DNA of 64,000 nucleotides from Bryobacteraceae bacterium (GTDB lineage: Bacteria > Acidobacteriota > Terriglobia > Bryobacterales > Bryobacteraceae), in NCBI GenBank assembly GCA_049521155.1, contig JBEKPC010000006.1, forward strand, positions 262-64,261. Direction: 5' to 3'. Below are positions 48,740-58,451 of this stretch, in pieces (positions within the stretch are counted from its first letter, which is position 1; each line of letters opens with the position of its first letter). The notes beneath the pieces were generated by a model. It made no database searches. It was not told the origin of the DNA and worked only from the letters and a program-made list of their open reading frames with translations. The position numbers and the translations under genes were made by a program.

Positions 48740-49027
48740 TTGAGAGTGATCAGCAAGCGAACGCTCAAGGAATTCTGGGAATCGCACCCAGAGGCGAATT
48801 CTCCGTTGATGGCGTGGCTGGCCGTAGTCAAACATATAAGTCCTCGAAATCCAGCCGAGTTGCGGACGGTGTTTGGTTCTGTTGATTCTGTCCGTGCGTT
48901 CGCGGTTTTCAACATCGGCGGAAACAAGTTTCGCCTGATCGCAGGTATCGATTATCGCTGCCAGGTGGTTTATATCAAGTACGTGCTGACGCACAAGGCG
49001 TACGACGAAGGGAAGTGGAAGCTATGA
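48740..49027 (+). CDS. higB: HigB-type (RelE-superfamily) toxin
   Basis: With a TTG start the product begins (M)RVISKRTLKEFWESHPEA...VFNIGGNKFRLIAGIDY...VYIKYVLTHKAYD, the HigB_toxin family pattern. The track ORF starts 33 nt earlier at the TTG of TTGACA. Confidence 0.8.
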   Translation: MRVISKRTLKEFWESHPEANSPLMAWLAVVKHISPRNPAELRTVFGSVDSVRAFAVFNIGGNKFRLIAGIDYRCQVVYIKYVLTHKAYDEGKWKL

Positions 49028-49425
49028 AGCGACATCTCGATGGGCGCCGCTACCGGCGTCTGGTGGCGGAAATATCTCCGGTGATCATTGAAAGCGAGGA
49101 AGAAAACGAGCGCGTCCTGGCGATTGTCGAGCGGCTGATGAGCAAAGGGGAAAAGCGGTCGGCTGAAGAGGACGCTATCTTGAATCTGCTAGTCCATTTG
49201 GTCGAGCAATTTGAGGGGAACGCGTATCCGACGGGCGAGGCGTCGCCCGCGGAGACGATCGCCTTCCTGTTGGAGCAGCGCGGGCTAAGGCCGGTCGCGC
49301 TGGCGGAGGTTCTGGGCTCGCGGGGGCGCGTTTCCGAAATCCTGGCGGCCAAGCGATCTGTCAGCAAGGAACAGGCGAAGAAGCTCGGGGAATTCTTTCA
49401 TGTCTCGGCGGCGGCTTTCCTCTGA
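49024..49425 (+). CDS. higA: HigA-type HTH (XRE-like) antitoxin
   Basis: ATGA overlap with the higB stop. C-terminal HTH LRPVALAEVLGSRGRVSEILAAKRSVSKEQAKKLGEFF. Confidence 0.75.
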   Translation: MKRHLDGRRYRRLVAEISPVIIESEEENERVLAIVERLMSKGEKRSAEEDAILNLLVHLVEQFEGNAYPTGEASPAETIAFLLEQRGLRPVALAEVLGSRGRVSEILAAKRSVSKEQAKKLGEFFHVSAAAFL

Positions 49426-49434
49426 GGGAGCCGT

Positions 49435-49464
49435 TTGACAGGCCACTGCGGGATTCGGTACTCT
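49435..49464 (+). promoter_or_regulatory. Candidate sigma70-type promoter for rplM-rpsI
   Basis: TTGACA (49435-49440), 18-nt spacer, TACTCT (49459-49464), 39 nt upstream of the rplM ATG. Confidence 0.35.
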
Positions 49465-49503
49465 GAGAAGGTCTAAGAACTCGCACGGAGAAGGTCTGTC
49501 TAA

Positions 49504-49935
49504 ATGAAAACCGCAATTCCATCAGCCCCCGGGATCGAGCGCCAGTGGCACTTGATCGACGCGCATGAGGCTGTGTTGGGGCGCGTGGCAAGCAAGGCTG
49601 CCCTGCTGCTGATGGGTAAACATAAGCCCAGTTACACACCGTATATCGATACCGGCGACCATGTGGTTGTGGTCAATGCCGAGAAGGTCCGGCTGACGGG
49701 CCGCAAGGAAGAACAGAAGCTTTATCGCCGCCACTCCGGGTATCCGGGTGGATTGACGGAGACGCAGGCGAAAAAAGTACGCATCACGCGTCCGACGCGG
49801 ATGATTGAAGAAGCGATCCAGGGTATGCTTCCTAAAACCAAGATGGGGAAGCAGATGTACCGGAAACTTCAGGTTTACGCAGGTCCGAAGCACCCTCATC
49901 AGGCGCAGAAGCCAGTCGAATTGACGATCGGTTAA
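49504..49935 (+). CDS. rplM: 50S ribosomal protein L13
   Basis: 143 aa. WHLIDA...LGRVASKAALLLMGKHKP...DTGDHVVVVNAEK is canonical. Confidence 0.97.
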   Translation: MKTAIPSAPGIERQWHLIDAHEAVLGRVASKAALLLMGKHKPSYTPYIDTGDHVVVVNAEKVRLTGRKEEQKLYRRHSGYPGGLTETQAKKVRITRPTRMIEEAIQGMLPKTKMGKQMYRKLQVYAGPKHPHQAQKPVELTIG

Positions 49936-49950
49936 GGAAGAATTATCAGA

Positions 49951-50343
49951 ATGGCGTTGGTACAACATTTGGGGACGGGCCGCCGCAAAAGAGCGGTGGC
50001 GAGAGTGTTTCTGCGGTCGGGCAAGGGTACGATCACTGTCAATGGCCGGGCTTTCGAAGCTTATTTCCAGAGCGAGGCCTCGCGCGCCGTCGTGAGGCAG
50101 CCGCTGCTGGCGACGGAGACGGCTGATAAATTCGATATTTTAATCACCACCGCGGGCGGCGGGCCAACGGGTCAGGCCGGCGCGGCGAAAATGGGTATTG
50201 CGCGGGCGCTGCTGGAGTTTAACGCGGAGCTGCGCGCGAAGCTGAAGGAACTGGGAATGTTGACGCGTGACGCGCGCCAGCACGAGCGCAAGAAGTACGG
50301 TCAGAAGGGCGCTCGCAAACGGTTCCAGTTCTCCAAGCGCTAA
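49951..50343 (+). CDS. rpsI: 30S ribosomal protein S9
   Basis: 130 aa. [12 protein letters not shown]... and the C-terminal [19 protein letters not shown]. Confidence 0.97.
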   Translation: MALVQHLGTGRRKRAVARVFLRSGKGTITVNGRAFEAYFQSEASRAVVRQPLLATETADKFDILITTAGGGPTGQAGAAKMGIARALLEFNAELRAKLKELGMLTRDARQHERKKYGQKGARKRFQFSKR

Positions 50344-50507
50344 CGGCTCCGCCGCTTTTTGCGCGGCCTTTGCCGCGGAGACGCGGATTTGGTGCGATTG
50401 TTTGTTTTTAGGGCGCATGTCGAAAATGCGCCCTTCGCTGTTCACCTCCCACGCTGCAAATTCCGCTTAGGGCCGCAGCGCGGGCTTTCTAACTCGTACG
50501 TGAGTTC

Positions 50508-51416
50508 ATGGAGGCATTTTTGCCGTCGATTAGCATGAAAGAATTGCTCGAAGCAGGCGTTCACTTCGGGCACCAGACCAAGCGCTGGAATCCAAAGATG
50601 AAAGAATACATCTTTGGCGAACGTAACGGGATCTATATTATCGATCTCCAGAAGACGCTCAAGCTGTTCAAAGACGCGATGCGGTACGTGCAGGAGATGG
50701 CTTCGTCGGGCAAAACGGTGCTGTTTGTGGGCACCAAACGCCAGGCGCAGGAAGCCATTGCCGAAGAGGCGACGCGCTGCAACATGTATTACGTGAATCA
50801 GCGCTGGCTGGGCGGACTGCTCACCAACATGGCCACCGTTCAGAAATCCATCAAAAAGCTAAAGGAGCTGGATGCGATGGCGACGGAGAACAACTGGGAA
50901 GGGCGCCAGAAAAAGGAAATCGTGCGCCTGGAGCGGGAGCGCAAGCACCTGAACCAAAACCTGGCCGGCATTAAAGACATGAACGGTCTGCCGGACCTGT
51001 TGTTCGTCGTCGATTCGAACAAAGAAGCGATCGCTGTCGAGGAAGCGCGCAAGCTGGGCATTCCAGTGGTGGCGGTGGTCGATACCAATTGCGATCCGGA
51101 CAAGGTGGATTACGTGATCCCCGGCAATGATGACGCACTGCGGGCGATTCGTCTGTTCACCACTAAGATTTCAGACGCGGTGGTCGAGGGCCGGCAACTG
51201 GTCAGCGAGCACGATCTGGCGGCGGCGGAAAAACCGGCGACGGGCGACGAGATTCCGCTGGACGACGCGGAATACGCGCAGTATATCGATCCGAAGTACG
51301 CCGAGCAGCTGATGTCGGAGAATCCGGTGGCGGAAGAAGATCTGCCGTCGAATTCGATTTCCCGCAAGGGTCCGGCAGCCGAAGCAGCGGAAGAGCTGGC
51401 GACCCGGAATCTGTAA
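50508..51416 (+). CDS. rpsB: 30S ribosomal protein S2 (with acidic C-terminal extension)
   Basis: 302 aa. [38 protein letters not shown]. Confidence 0.95.
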   Translation: MEAFLPSISMKELLEAGVHFGHQTKRWNPKMKEYIFGERNGIYIIDLQKTLKLFKDAMRYVQEMASSGKTVLFVGTKRQAQEAIAEEATRCNMYYVNQRWLGGLLTNMATVQKSIKKLKELDAMATENNWEGRQKKEIVRLERERKHLNQNLAGIKDMNGLPDLLFVVDSNKEAIAVEEARKLGIPVVAVVDTNCDPDKVDYVIPGNDDALRAIRLFTTKISDAVVEGRQLVSEHDLAAAEKPATGDEIPLDDAEYAQYIDPKYAEQLMSENPVAEEDLPSNSISRKGPAAEAAEELATRNL

Positions 51417-51485
51417 CGTCGTTCTGCCGCGCGCTGGCGGGCTTGCGCCTGGAGTGCGTTTATTTAAGATTCGATCGAGGAAATT

Positions 51486-52106
51486 ATGGAAATCAGTGCA
51501 CAACTTGTAAAGCAGCTCCGGGAGCGCACCGGGGCGGGGATGATGGAGTGCAAGAAGGCGCTCGTCGAGGCGAAAGGCGAATTGGCCGAAGCCGAAGTGG
51601 TGTTGCGCAAGCAGGGAATCGCGTCGGCTGGAAAGAAGTCTTCACGCACAACCAAGCAGGGAGTGGTCGGCACCTATATTCATCCGGGCGCGCAACTGGG
51701 CGTGCTGATCGAGGTGAATTGTGAGTCCGATTTCGTGGCGCGTACCGACGATTTTCAGGAGTTGGTAAAAGATCTCGCCATGCAGGTGGCGGCGGCCGAT
51801 CCGCAGTTCGTCCGCAAGGAAGAGGTCACTGAAGCGGCGCTGGCCAAGGAGCGCGAGATTCAGCGCGCGCGCGCCATCAACGAAGGCAAGCCCGAGAAGA
51901 TGGCCGACAAAATCGTCGAGGGCCGCATGAACAAATACTTTGAAGAGGTCTGCCTGTATGAGCAGCCATTCATCAAGGAAAACACGACCACCATCGCCGA
52001 GGTGATCAAGACGAAGATCGCCAAGCTGGGCGAGAATATTTCCGTTTCCCGCTTTGTGCGCTTCAAAGTGGGCGATGCTGCGGCTGAAAATACGGCAGCG
52101 GAGTAA
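51486..52106 (+). CDS. tsf: Elongation factor Ts (short form)
   Basis: 206 aa. VKQLRERTGAGMMECKKAL, IEVNCESDFVART. Confidence 0.95.
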   Translation: MEISAQLVKQLRERTGAGMMECKKALVEAKGELAEAEVVLRKQGIASAGKKSSRTTKQGVVGTYIHPGAQLGVLIEVNCESDFVARTDDFQELVKDLAMQVAAADPQFVRKEEVTEAALAKEREIQRARAINEGKPEKMADKIVEGRMNKYFEEVCLYEQPFIKENTTTIAEVIKTKIAKLGENISVSRFVRFKVGDAAAENTAAE

Positions 52107-52115
52107 CAAACTCCC

Positions 52116-52823
52116 GTGGCGAAATACGGACGCATTCTCCTGAAATTGAGCGGTGAGGTGCTGGCGGGCGAAGGGTCCTTCGGCGTCGACGCGTCGCGGG
52201 TCGCGGCGCTGGCATCGGAAGTGGCCGAAGTGGCTCGGACCGGTGTGCAGATCGGCCTGGTTGTCGGCGGCGGAAATTTCTTTCGCGGCGTAGCGGCGGC
52301 GGCGCAGAATATGGACCGGGTGGCGGCGGATCACATGGGCATGCTGGCCACGGTGATCAACGCGCTGGCGTTACAGGACGCGCTTGAAAAGCAAGGCATG
52401 CCGACGCGGGTGATGACCGCCATCGAAATGCACGAGGTCGCCGAGCCGTACATAAGGCGGCGGGCGATCCGGCATCTGGAAAAGGGCCGTATCGTGATTT
52501 TCGCGGCGGGCACATCGAACCCTTACTTTTCGACAGACACGGCGGCGACGCTGCGCGGGCTGGAAATTCACGCCGAAGTGGTGGCCAAGGCAACGCGGGT
52601 CGATGGCGTGTACGATAAGGATCCATTGAAGAGCACGGATGCGGTGCGGTACTCGGAAATCAGCTACTCCGACGTGCTCGCCAAGAACCTGCGGGTGATG
52701 GACGCGTCCGCGGTGGCGATGTGCCGCGACAATAAGCTTGCGATCGTGGTTTTCAATTTGAACGTCCATGGCAATATAATGCGAATGACGATGGGCGAGC
52801 CGATTGGGACGCTCATCCACTAA
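52116..52823 (+). CDS. pyrH: UMP kinase
   Basis: 235 aa, GTG start. [28 protein letters not shown]. Confidence 0.95.
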   Translation: MAKYGRILLKLSGEVLAGEGSFGVDASRVAALASEVAEVARTGVQIGLVVGGGNFFRGVAAAAQNMDRVAADHMGMLATVINALALQDALEKQGMPTRVMTAIEMHEVAEPYIRRRAIRHLEKGRIVIFAAGTSNPYFSTDTAATLRGLEIHAEVVAKATRVDGVYDKDPLKSTDAVRYSEISYSDVLAKNLRVMDASAVAMCRDNKLAIVVFNLNVHGNIMRMTMGEPIGTLIH

Positions 52824-52828
52824 ATCCT

Positions 52829-53437
52829 ATGAAGCCAGAACAACCAGCACCAGCAGCGACAACGAGCCCGTTTCAAAGCGTGGCGGATGTGGAAGCCCAC
52901 GCCAAAACGCGCATGGATAAAGTGATCTCCGGCATGCAGCATGAGATCGCGGCCATCCGCACCGGCCGGGCCTCGGTGGCGATTTTCGACAGTCTGCGGG
53001 TGGATTATTACGGCACGCCGACGCCGCTCAACCAGGTTGCCAACCTGCATGTGCCGGAAGCCTCCCTGATCACCATTCAACCGTGGGACGTGTCGCAGAT
53101 TGCGACGATCGAGAAAGCGATTCGCAACGCCGACATGGGGTTGAATCCGGCCAACGACGGGAAGATCATCCGCATCCCGGTTCCTCCGTTGACCGAGGAG
53201 CGCCGCAAAGAGATCGTCAAGAAATTGCACGGCGTCGCGGAGGAGCATCGGGTTGCCGCGCGCACCATTCGCCGGGACGCCAATGAGCATCTGAAAAAGC
53301 TGCTCAAAGACAAGCTGATCAGCGAAGATGAAGAGCGCCGCGCGCTGGAGGATGTCCAGAAAACCACCGACGCACATATCGCCAAAATCGATCAGGTGGC
53401 AAAAGCGAAAGAGAAAGATATTCTCGAAATTAAGTAA
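52829..53437 (+). CDS. frr: Ribosome recycling factor
   Basis: 202 aa. IRTGRASVAIFD, LNPANDGKIIRIPVPPLTEERRKE. Carries an N-terminal extension of about 15 aa, or uses a later start. Confidence 0.92.
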   Translation: MKPEQPAPAATTSPFQSVADVEAHAKTRMDKVISGMQHEIAAIRTGRASVAIFDSLRVDYYGTPTPLNQVANLHVPEASLITIQPWDVSQIATIEKAIRNADMGLNPANDGKIIRIPVPPLTEERRKEIVKKLHGVAEEHRVAARTIRRDANEHLKKLLKDKLISEDEERRALEDVQKTTDAHIAKIDQVAKAKEKDILEIK

Positions 53438-53525
53438 GAAGCTCCTGTTGCCGGGGTGGGTATTCTAAGAACCCCTGCAAAATCAGCGATGGAAACCGAA
53501 ATGCTGCACTTTCCAGGAGAGGAGC

Positions 53526-53714
53526 GTGCGTATGACGGAATCCAAAGCTCTTGAAGCCACCGTAAAGAGTTTCCTGATCGGCGTCAGCGTGGGAACATTA
53601 ATTTCCATGATGATGCAGCCGCGTGAAAAGAAGGGGCTTGCTGGCCCGGACCGTGATATTGTGGACATCGCTTCTGAAGAGTCATTCCCAGCGAGCGATT
53701 CTCCCGCGTATTAG
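53526..53714 (+). CDS. Small membrane protein with C-terminal SFPASD motif
   Basis: 62 aa. One TM (FLIGVSVGTLISMMM). The C-terminal DIVDIASEESFPASDSPAY resembles a widespread small-protein tail (E-x-FPASDPP), recalled from memory. Confidence 0.45.
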   Translation: MRMTESKALEATVKSFLIGVSVGTLISMMMQPREKKGLAGPDRDIVDIASEESFPASDSPAY

Positions 53715-54036
53715 GGTCAGTGAGACCAGAGCGAATTCGAAGGATGCCGGGTATTATGATCCAGCGACAAACATCCCTGGCTTCCCGTCGACCAATTGAA
53801 GGCGCTTCCTTAATGGTTCGCGGTAATTTAAAGGCGATGACGATTGACGAACGACTCGATCGGCTCACTGGGATCGCCGAATCCTTGGCGGCAAGTGTCG
53901 TGGAGCACAACCATCAAATTGAAGATCTTTTCAAGGTAGCCGAGAAGCACCAAGAAGAAAGCTGAACTGAGGAGCTCGTAGGCCAAACCGAGCCGCCGCA
54001 ATAGGCTCTCGACGGAAATCGCGTTACCCTGAAAGC

Positions 54037-55527
54037 ATGAGGGTTCGTCTCCTTGCGTTGCTCCTGCCCGGATTGCTTTGCGCCCAATCCTTGCAGGAAT
54101 TCGAAAAAAAAGTTACTGAATTCACCCTTCCCAACGGGATGCGATTTTTGATTATCGAGCGGCATGAAGCGCCGGTGATCTCCTTCCACACTTACGCCAA
54201 CGTCGGCTCCGTCGACGATCCCAGCGGCGAATCAGGCATCGCGCACATGTTCGAACACATGGCGTTTAAAGGCACGCCCACCATCGGCAGCAAGAATTGG
54301 GTGAAAGAAAAGCCCGCGCTGGCGCACGTCGAGGCGGTTTACGACAAGCTCGATCAGGAAAAGAACAAGGGCTTTCGATCGGACCCCAAGAAGATTGAAG
54401 CAATCGAAGCGGAGTTGAAGGATGCCATCGCGACCGCCGACAGCTTCGTCGAGGAAAATGAGTATGACCGCATCGTCGAATCCAACGGCGGCGTCGGGAT
54501 GAATGCGGGCACGGCCGAGGATTCGACGAATTACTTCTACAGCTTCCCCGAGAATCGCATGGAGCTGTGGTTCTATCTCGAATCGGAGCGCTTCCTGCAC
54601 CCGGTGTTCCGCGAATTTTACAAGGAACGCGATGTGGTTCGCGAAGAGCGCCGTATGCGCGTCGAATCCAGCCCGCAAGGCAAGCTGGTGGAGGCGCTGC
54701 TGGCCATGGCATTTGAAGCGCATCCTTATCGCGTGATGCCGGGCGGATGGGCCAGCGACATTGACAATTTTCGCGAGACCGAGGCCGAACAGTTCTACAA
54801 GAAATACTACACGCCGGGCAATATCACCATAGGGATCGCCGGCGACGTGAATCCGGCCGAGGCGAAAAGGATGGCCGAGAAGTATTTCGGCCGCCTCCCG
54901 AAGGCTCCTCTGCCGCCGATGGTGCGGACCATCGAGCCGAAGCAGGAAGGCGAAAAACGCGTCGGCGTCGAGAGCCCCGCGCAGCCGTTTCTGGCGATCG
55001 CGTACAAACGGCCCTCGCAGTACAGTCCGGACGAAGCCGCGCTCGACGTGCTCAGCGAGATTCTTTCAGGTGGACGCACAGGTCTAATTTACAAGGAATT
55101 GGTGCGCGATAAGAAAATCGCACTCGGGGCCGGTAGCCAGGATACATTTCCATCGGGCAAGTACCCGTCGCTATTCCTGTTCTATGTGATTCCGTCGACC
55201 GGGCACTCTTTGGAGGAAAACGAGAAGGCGCTTTACGCGATCATCGAGCATGTGAAGAAGGACAAAGTCGACGACGCCACCATCGCGCGCGTGAGGATGA
55301 AACTGCGCGCGGCGCTGATCCAGAAGCTCGACAGTAATTCCGGCCTCGCGTCGGAGTTGTGCACCTACTCCGTCAACTTCGGCGATTGGCGGAAATTATT
55401 TACCGAGCTTCAGGAGTATGACAAAGTGACCGCTGATGATGTCGTCCGCGTGGCGCAAAAATATCTCATCGAGAACACGCGCACCGTTGCGTATACGAAG
55501 GCGCCGGCGGAAGGGGCTGCAAAGTGA
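54037..55527 (+). CDS. M16 zinc peptidase, catalytic-type subunit, secreted
   Basis: 496 aa. Signal peptide. HMFEHMAFKG (HxxEH). Confidence 0.9.
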   Translation: MRVRLLALLLPGLLCAQSLQEFEKKVTEFTLPNGMRFLIIERHEAPVISFHTYANVGSVDDPSGESGIAHMFEHMAFKGTPTIGSKNWVKEKPALAHVEAVYDKLDQEKNKGFRSDPKKIEAIEAELKDAIATADSFVEENEYDRIVESNGGVGMNAGTAEDSTNYFYSFPENRMELWFYLESERFLHPVFREFYKERDVVREERRMRVESSPQGKLVEALLAMAFEAHPYRVMPGGWASDIDNFRETEAEQFYKKYYTPGNITIGIAGDVNPAEAKRMAEKYFGRLPKAPLPPMVRTIEPKQEGEKRVGVESPAQPFLAIAYKRPSQYSPDEAALDVLSEILSGGRTGLIYKELVRDKKIALGAGSQDTFPSGKYPSLFLFYVIPSTGHSLEENEKALYAIIEHVKKDKVDDATIARVRMKLRAALIQKLDSNSGLASELCTYSVNFGDWRKLFTELQEYDKVTADDVVRVAQKYLIENTRTVAYTKAPAEGAAK

Positions 55528-57641
55528 AGGGCTACTTTCTTGCATTCTGTCTGACCGGCGCGGCTTTCGCGCAACAGGTTGTCCCTTCTTATAAGGACCT
55601 GAAATATCCGCCTCTGCCGCAGGTGAAAATTCCTGAACCGGCTTCCTTCACGCTCGCGAACGGCATGCGCGTGTTCCTGCTCGAAGATCATGAACTGCCG
55701 CTAGTGCGCGGGCTCGCGCTGATTCGCACCGGGAACCTGTTCGATCCGCCGGATAAGAAAGGACTCTCCGAATTTACGGCGGAGGTGCTCCGCTCAGGTG
55801 GAACGAAATCGAAAACCGGCGATCAGATCGATGAGGAACTGGAGAACATGGCGGCGTCGGTCGAAGCCGGCATGGATGAAACCAGCGCAAGCATGAGTTT
55901 TTCGGCGCTGAAGGAAAATGGCGACACGGTGTTGGGTATTTTTAAAGACGTGTTGACCGCGCCCGAGTTTCGTCAGGACAAACTGGATTTGGGCATCAGC
56001 CAGACGCGCAGCGCCATCGCGCGAAGAAATGACGATGCAGGCGGGATCCCTGACCGGGAACTGATGCGGATCATTTATGGGCCGGCCACTCCTTATGGAT
56101 GGCAGGTCGAATATGAGGATCTGAATCATATTCACCGCGACGATCTGGTGCGGTTTTACCATCGCTACTATTTCCCGAAGAACATCATGCTGGCGGTCTA
56201 CGGCGATTTCAAAATCCCGGAGATGAAAGACAAGCTGGAAAAGCTGTTCGCCGATTGGACGGTGCAGCAGGAGGTAGTGCCGAAGTTTCCGGAAGTCACC
56301 GCCAAACCCGCGCCGGGCATTTACTTCGCGGAGAAGCCGGAAGTCACGCAGACATTTTTCGCGATCGGCGAACTGGGCGGCACACTGCGGGAAAAAGATT
56401 ACGCCTCGCTGCAAGTCGCCGCAACGATTCTGGGCCAGGGATTCTCGAGCCGGCTGATGTCGCAGATTCGGACCAAGCTCGGCTACGCCTACGACATCAG
56501 CGCGCAGTGGGCAGTAAATTGGGATCATCCAGGAACGTTCCGCATCGGCGGCAGCACGAAATCGCAATCGACTACGGAGACTTTGCAGGCGATCCGCGTC
56601 GAACTGGATAAGATACGCGCAACAGAAGTGACGGCGCGCGAGCTCGACGAAGCGAAGCAAGGCGTGCTCAACAGCTTCGTGTTCTTCTTCGATAGTCCGG
56701 CCAAGACGCTCAATCGCGTGATGCGCTACGAATACTACGGCTATCCTAAGGATTTTCTATTCCAGTATCAAAAGGCAATCTCGGCCGTGACGCGGGCGGA
56801 CGTGCTGCGAGTTGCCAAGGAGCGGTTCCTGCCGGAGAACCTCGCGATTGTCGCGGTCGGGAATCCTAAAGAATTCGGCAAGCCTCTGGCGACGCTGGGC
56901 AAGGTCAATATGATCGACCTGACGATTCCTGAACCAAAATCGGATGCGCCGAAATTGGAACCAGCCAAGTCCGATCCGGCTTCGATCGAACGCGGGCGCG
57001 CCATGCTGAAACGCGCGCAACAGGCGATGGGAGGCGCGGATAAAATTGCCGGCGTCAAGGATTTCAGCGAGTCGGCTGAAATGGCGATGGACGCTTCCGC
57101 GGGAGGCATAAAGATCAAGCAGCAGAACCGCTGGGTCGCGCCGGGCATCTTCCGTCAGGATCAGGTTCTGCCGTTCGGACAGGTCATCGCTTACTCCGAC
57201 GGAAAATCGGGATGGCTGGCACTCCCGCCGCCGCGGGGCGTGGGACCGATGGATGGTCCGGTGTTGAAGCAGGCGCGGGGCGAAATTTTTCGCGAATGGC
57301 TTTCGCTGATATTGTCCGATCGCGATGCATCGCGCACGGTAATCGCAGCCGGCCCGAACGCAGTGGATATCTCGGCCGGCGGCGAAAGCGTTCGCGTCGA
57401 GTTCGACGACTCTACGGGATTGCCCGTCCGGCAGATCTACAAGGAGGGTCCGACGGATGTGAAGAAGACCTATTCGGATTGGCGCGAGGTGGACGGCATC
57501 AAATTGCCCTTCAAGGCGGCGATCGAGCAGGGCGGGAAGAAAATGGCGGACGTCACAATTTCTGAAATCAAGCTGAACACCGGCCTCAACGCGGACGAGT
57601 TGAGCAAGAAGCCGGAGCCGGCGAAAGCCAAAGTGAACTAA
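55524..57641 (+). CDS. M16-family non-catalytic subunit fused to an extra C-terminal domain of about 215 aa
   Basis: 705 aa. M16 fold without HxxEH. 4-nt overlap with the upstream gene. The C-terminal region is homologous to the next gene product (shared ...VRVEFDDSTGLPVRQIYK / VRVQFHQSTKLPVRQIYK). Confidence 0.85.
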   Translation: MKGYFLAFCLTGAAFAQQVVPSYKDLKYPPLPQVKIPEPASFTLANGMRVFLLEDHELPLVRGLALIRTGNLFDPPDKKGLSEFTAEVLRSGGTKSKTGDQIDEELENMAASVEAGMDETSASMSFSALKENGDTVLGIFKDVLTAPEFRQDKLDLGISQTRSAIARRNDDAGGIPDRELMRIIYGPATPYGWQVEYEDLNHIHRDDLVRFYHRYYFPKNIMLAVYGDFKIPEMKDKLEKLFADWTVQQEVVPKFPEVTAKPAPGIYFAEKPEVTQTFFAIGELGGTLREKDYASLQVAATILGQGFSSRLMSQIRTKLGYAYDISAQWAVNWDHPGTFRIGGSTKSQSTTETLQAIRVELDKIRATEVTARELDEAKQGVLNSFVFFFDSPAKTLNRVMRYEYYGYPKDFLFQYQKAISAVTRADVLRVAKERFLPENLAIVAVGNPKEFGKPLATLGKVNMIDLTIPEPKSDAPKLEPAKSDPASIERGRAMLKRAQQAMGGADKIAGVKDFSESAEMAMDASAGGIKIKQQNRWVAPGIFRQDQVLPFGQVIAYSDGKSGWLALPPPRGVGPMDGPVLKQARGEIFREWLSLILSDRDASRTVIAAGPNAVDISAGGESVRVEFDDSTGLPVRQIYKEGPTDVKKTYSDWREVDGIKLPFKAAIEQGGKKMADVTISEIKLNTGLNADELSKKPEPAKAKVN

Positions 57642-57644
57642 AAA

Positions 57645-58451
57645 ATGACGCGGCGAGGGTTTCTCTTTTCGGCGGGCGCCTGTGCATGGGGACAGGCGGT
57701 GCAGACACAATCGGAGATTCGCGGAAAAAAAGTCATCGAAGATGCGGTGGCCGCGCTCGGCGGAGCCACGTTCCTGACGATGATGGATCGCACGGAAAAC
57801 GGACGCGCCTATTCGTACTATCACGACCAGATTTCCGGTCTCTCCATCGCCAAAATCTATACCCGCTACGGGACGGTCGATCCGGCAAAATCGGGCGAGG
57901 ATCTCGGCCAGCGCGAAAAGGAAGTTTTCGGCAGGACCGAGGATACCGCAGTGCTGTTCCTTGAAAATGCCGGCTGGGACATCAGTTGGCGTGGAAACAA
58001 ACCGATGGAGCAGGAGCGTTTCGACCGCTACCGGGAGTCGACTCTGCGCAACGTACTCTATATGTTCCGCCAGCGTTTAAAGGAACCCGGGATGATTTTC
58101 GAATCGCAAGGTTCGGACGTGGTCGAGAATCTCCCGGTCGATATCGTCAATATTACCGATTCTGAGAATCACGTCGTGCGCGTCCAGTTTCATCAATCGA
58201 CGAAGCTTCCGGTGCGCCAGATTTACAAGCGAAAAAATTCCGTCACCAAGGAGCAGGATGAAGAAGTGACGCTATTCGCCCGCTACCGGGACGCTGGCGG
58301 AGTGCAATGGCCGCACCAGATTCGCCGAGAGCGCAATGGCGACAAGGTCTACGAAATTTTCTCGGAATCCGTCAAGATCAATAGTAAAGATGTGACGGAT
58401 GGTCTGTTCACATTGCCCGACCCCACCGCGGTTAAATCGAAGAAGAAGTAG
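57645..58451 (+). CDS. Secreted protein paralogous to the C-terminal domain of 55524..57641
   Basis: 268 aa. N-terminal MTRRGFLFSAGACAWG (Tat-like or signal). Colinear similarity to the preceding protein's tail. 3-nt gap from the upstream stop. Confidence 0.65.
   Translation: MTRRGFLFSAGACAWGQAVQTQSEIRGKKVIEDAVAALGGATFLTMMDRTENGRAYSYYHDQISGLSIAKIYTRYGTVDPAKSGEDLGQREKEVFGRTEDTAVLFLENAGWDISWRGNKPMEQERFDRYRESTLRNVLYMFRQRLKEPGMIFESQGSDVVENLPVDIVNITDSENHVVRVQFHQSTKLPVRQIYKRKNSVTKEQDEEVTLFARYRDAGGVQWPHQIRRERNGDKVYEIFSESVKINSKDVTDGLFTLPDPTAVKSKKK

Noticed and set aside
50410-50436. Hairpin AGGGCGCAT-GTCGAAA-ATGCGCCCT between rpsI and rpsB, considered as a terminator
   Set aside because: The T-run lies 5' of the stem on the plus strand and no T-run follows on either strand, so it is not a canonical intrinsic terminator. 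It may still be structural; left uncalled.
53720-53965. 81-aa ORF after the small membrane protein
   Set aside because: The N-terminal half is Arg-rich and unconvincing. A shorter 42-aa version (ATG at 53837, MTIDERLDRLTG...) with an AAGG upstream is possible, but I cannot support it beyond ORF existence.
55794-57824. 288-aa and 355-aa minus-strand ORFs (55794..56660, 56757..57824)
   Set aside because: Antisense to the M16 subunit gene. Arg/His/Leu-rich low-complexity translations, no motifs.
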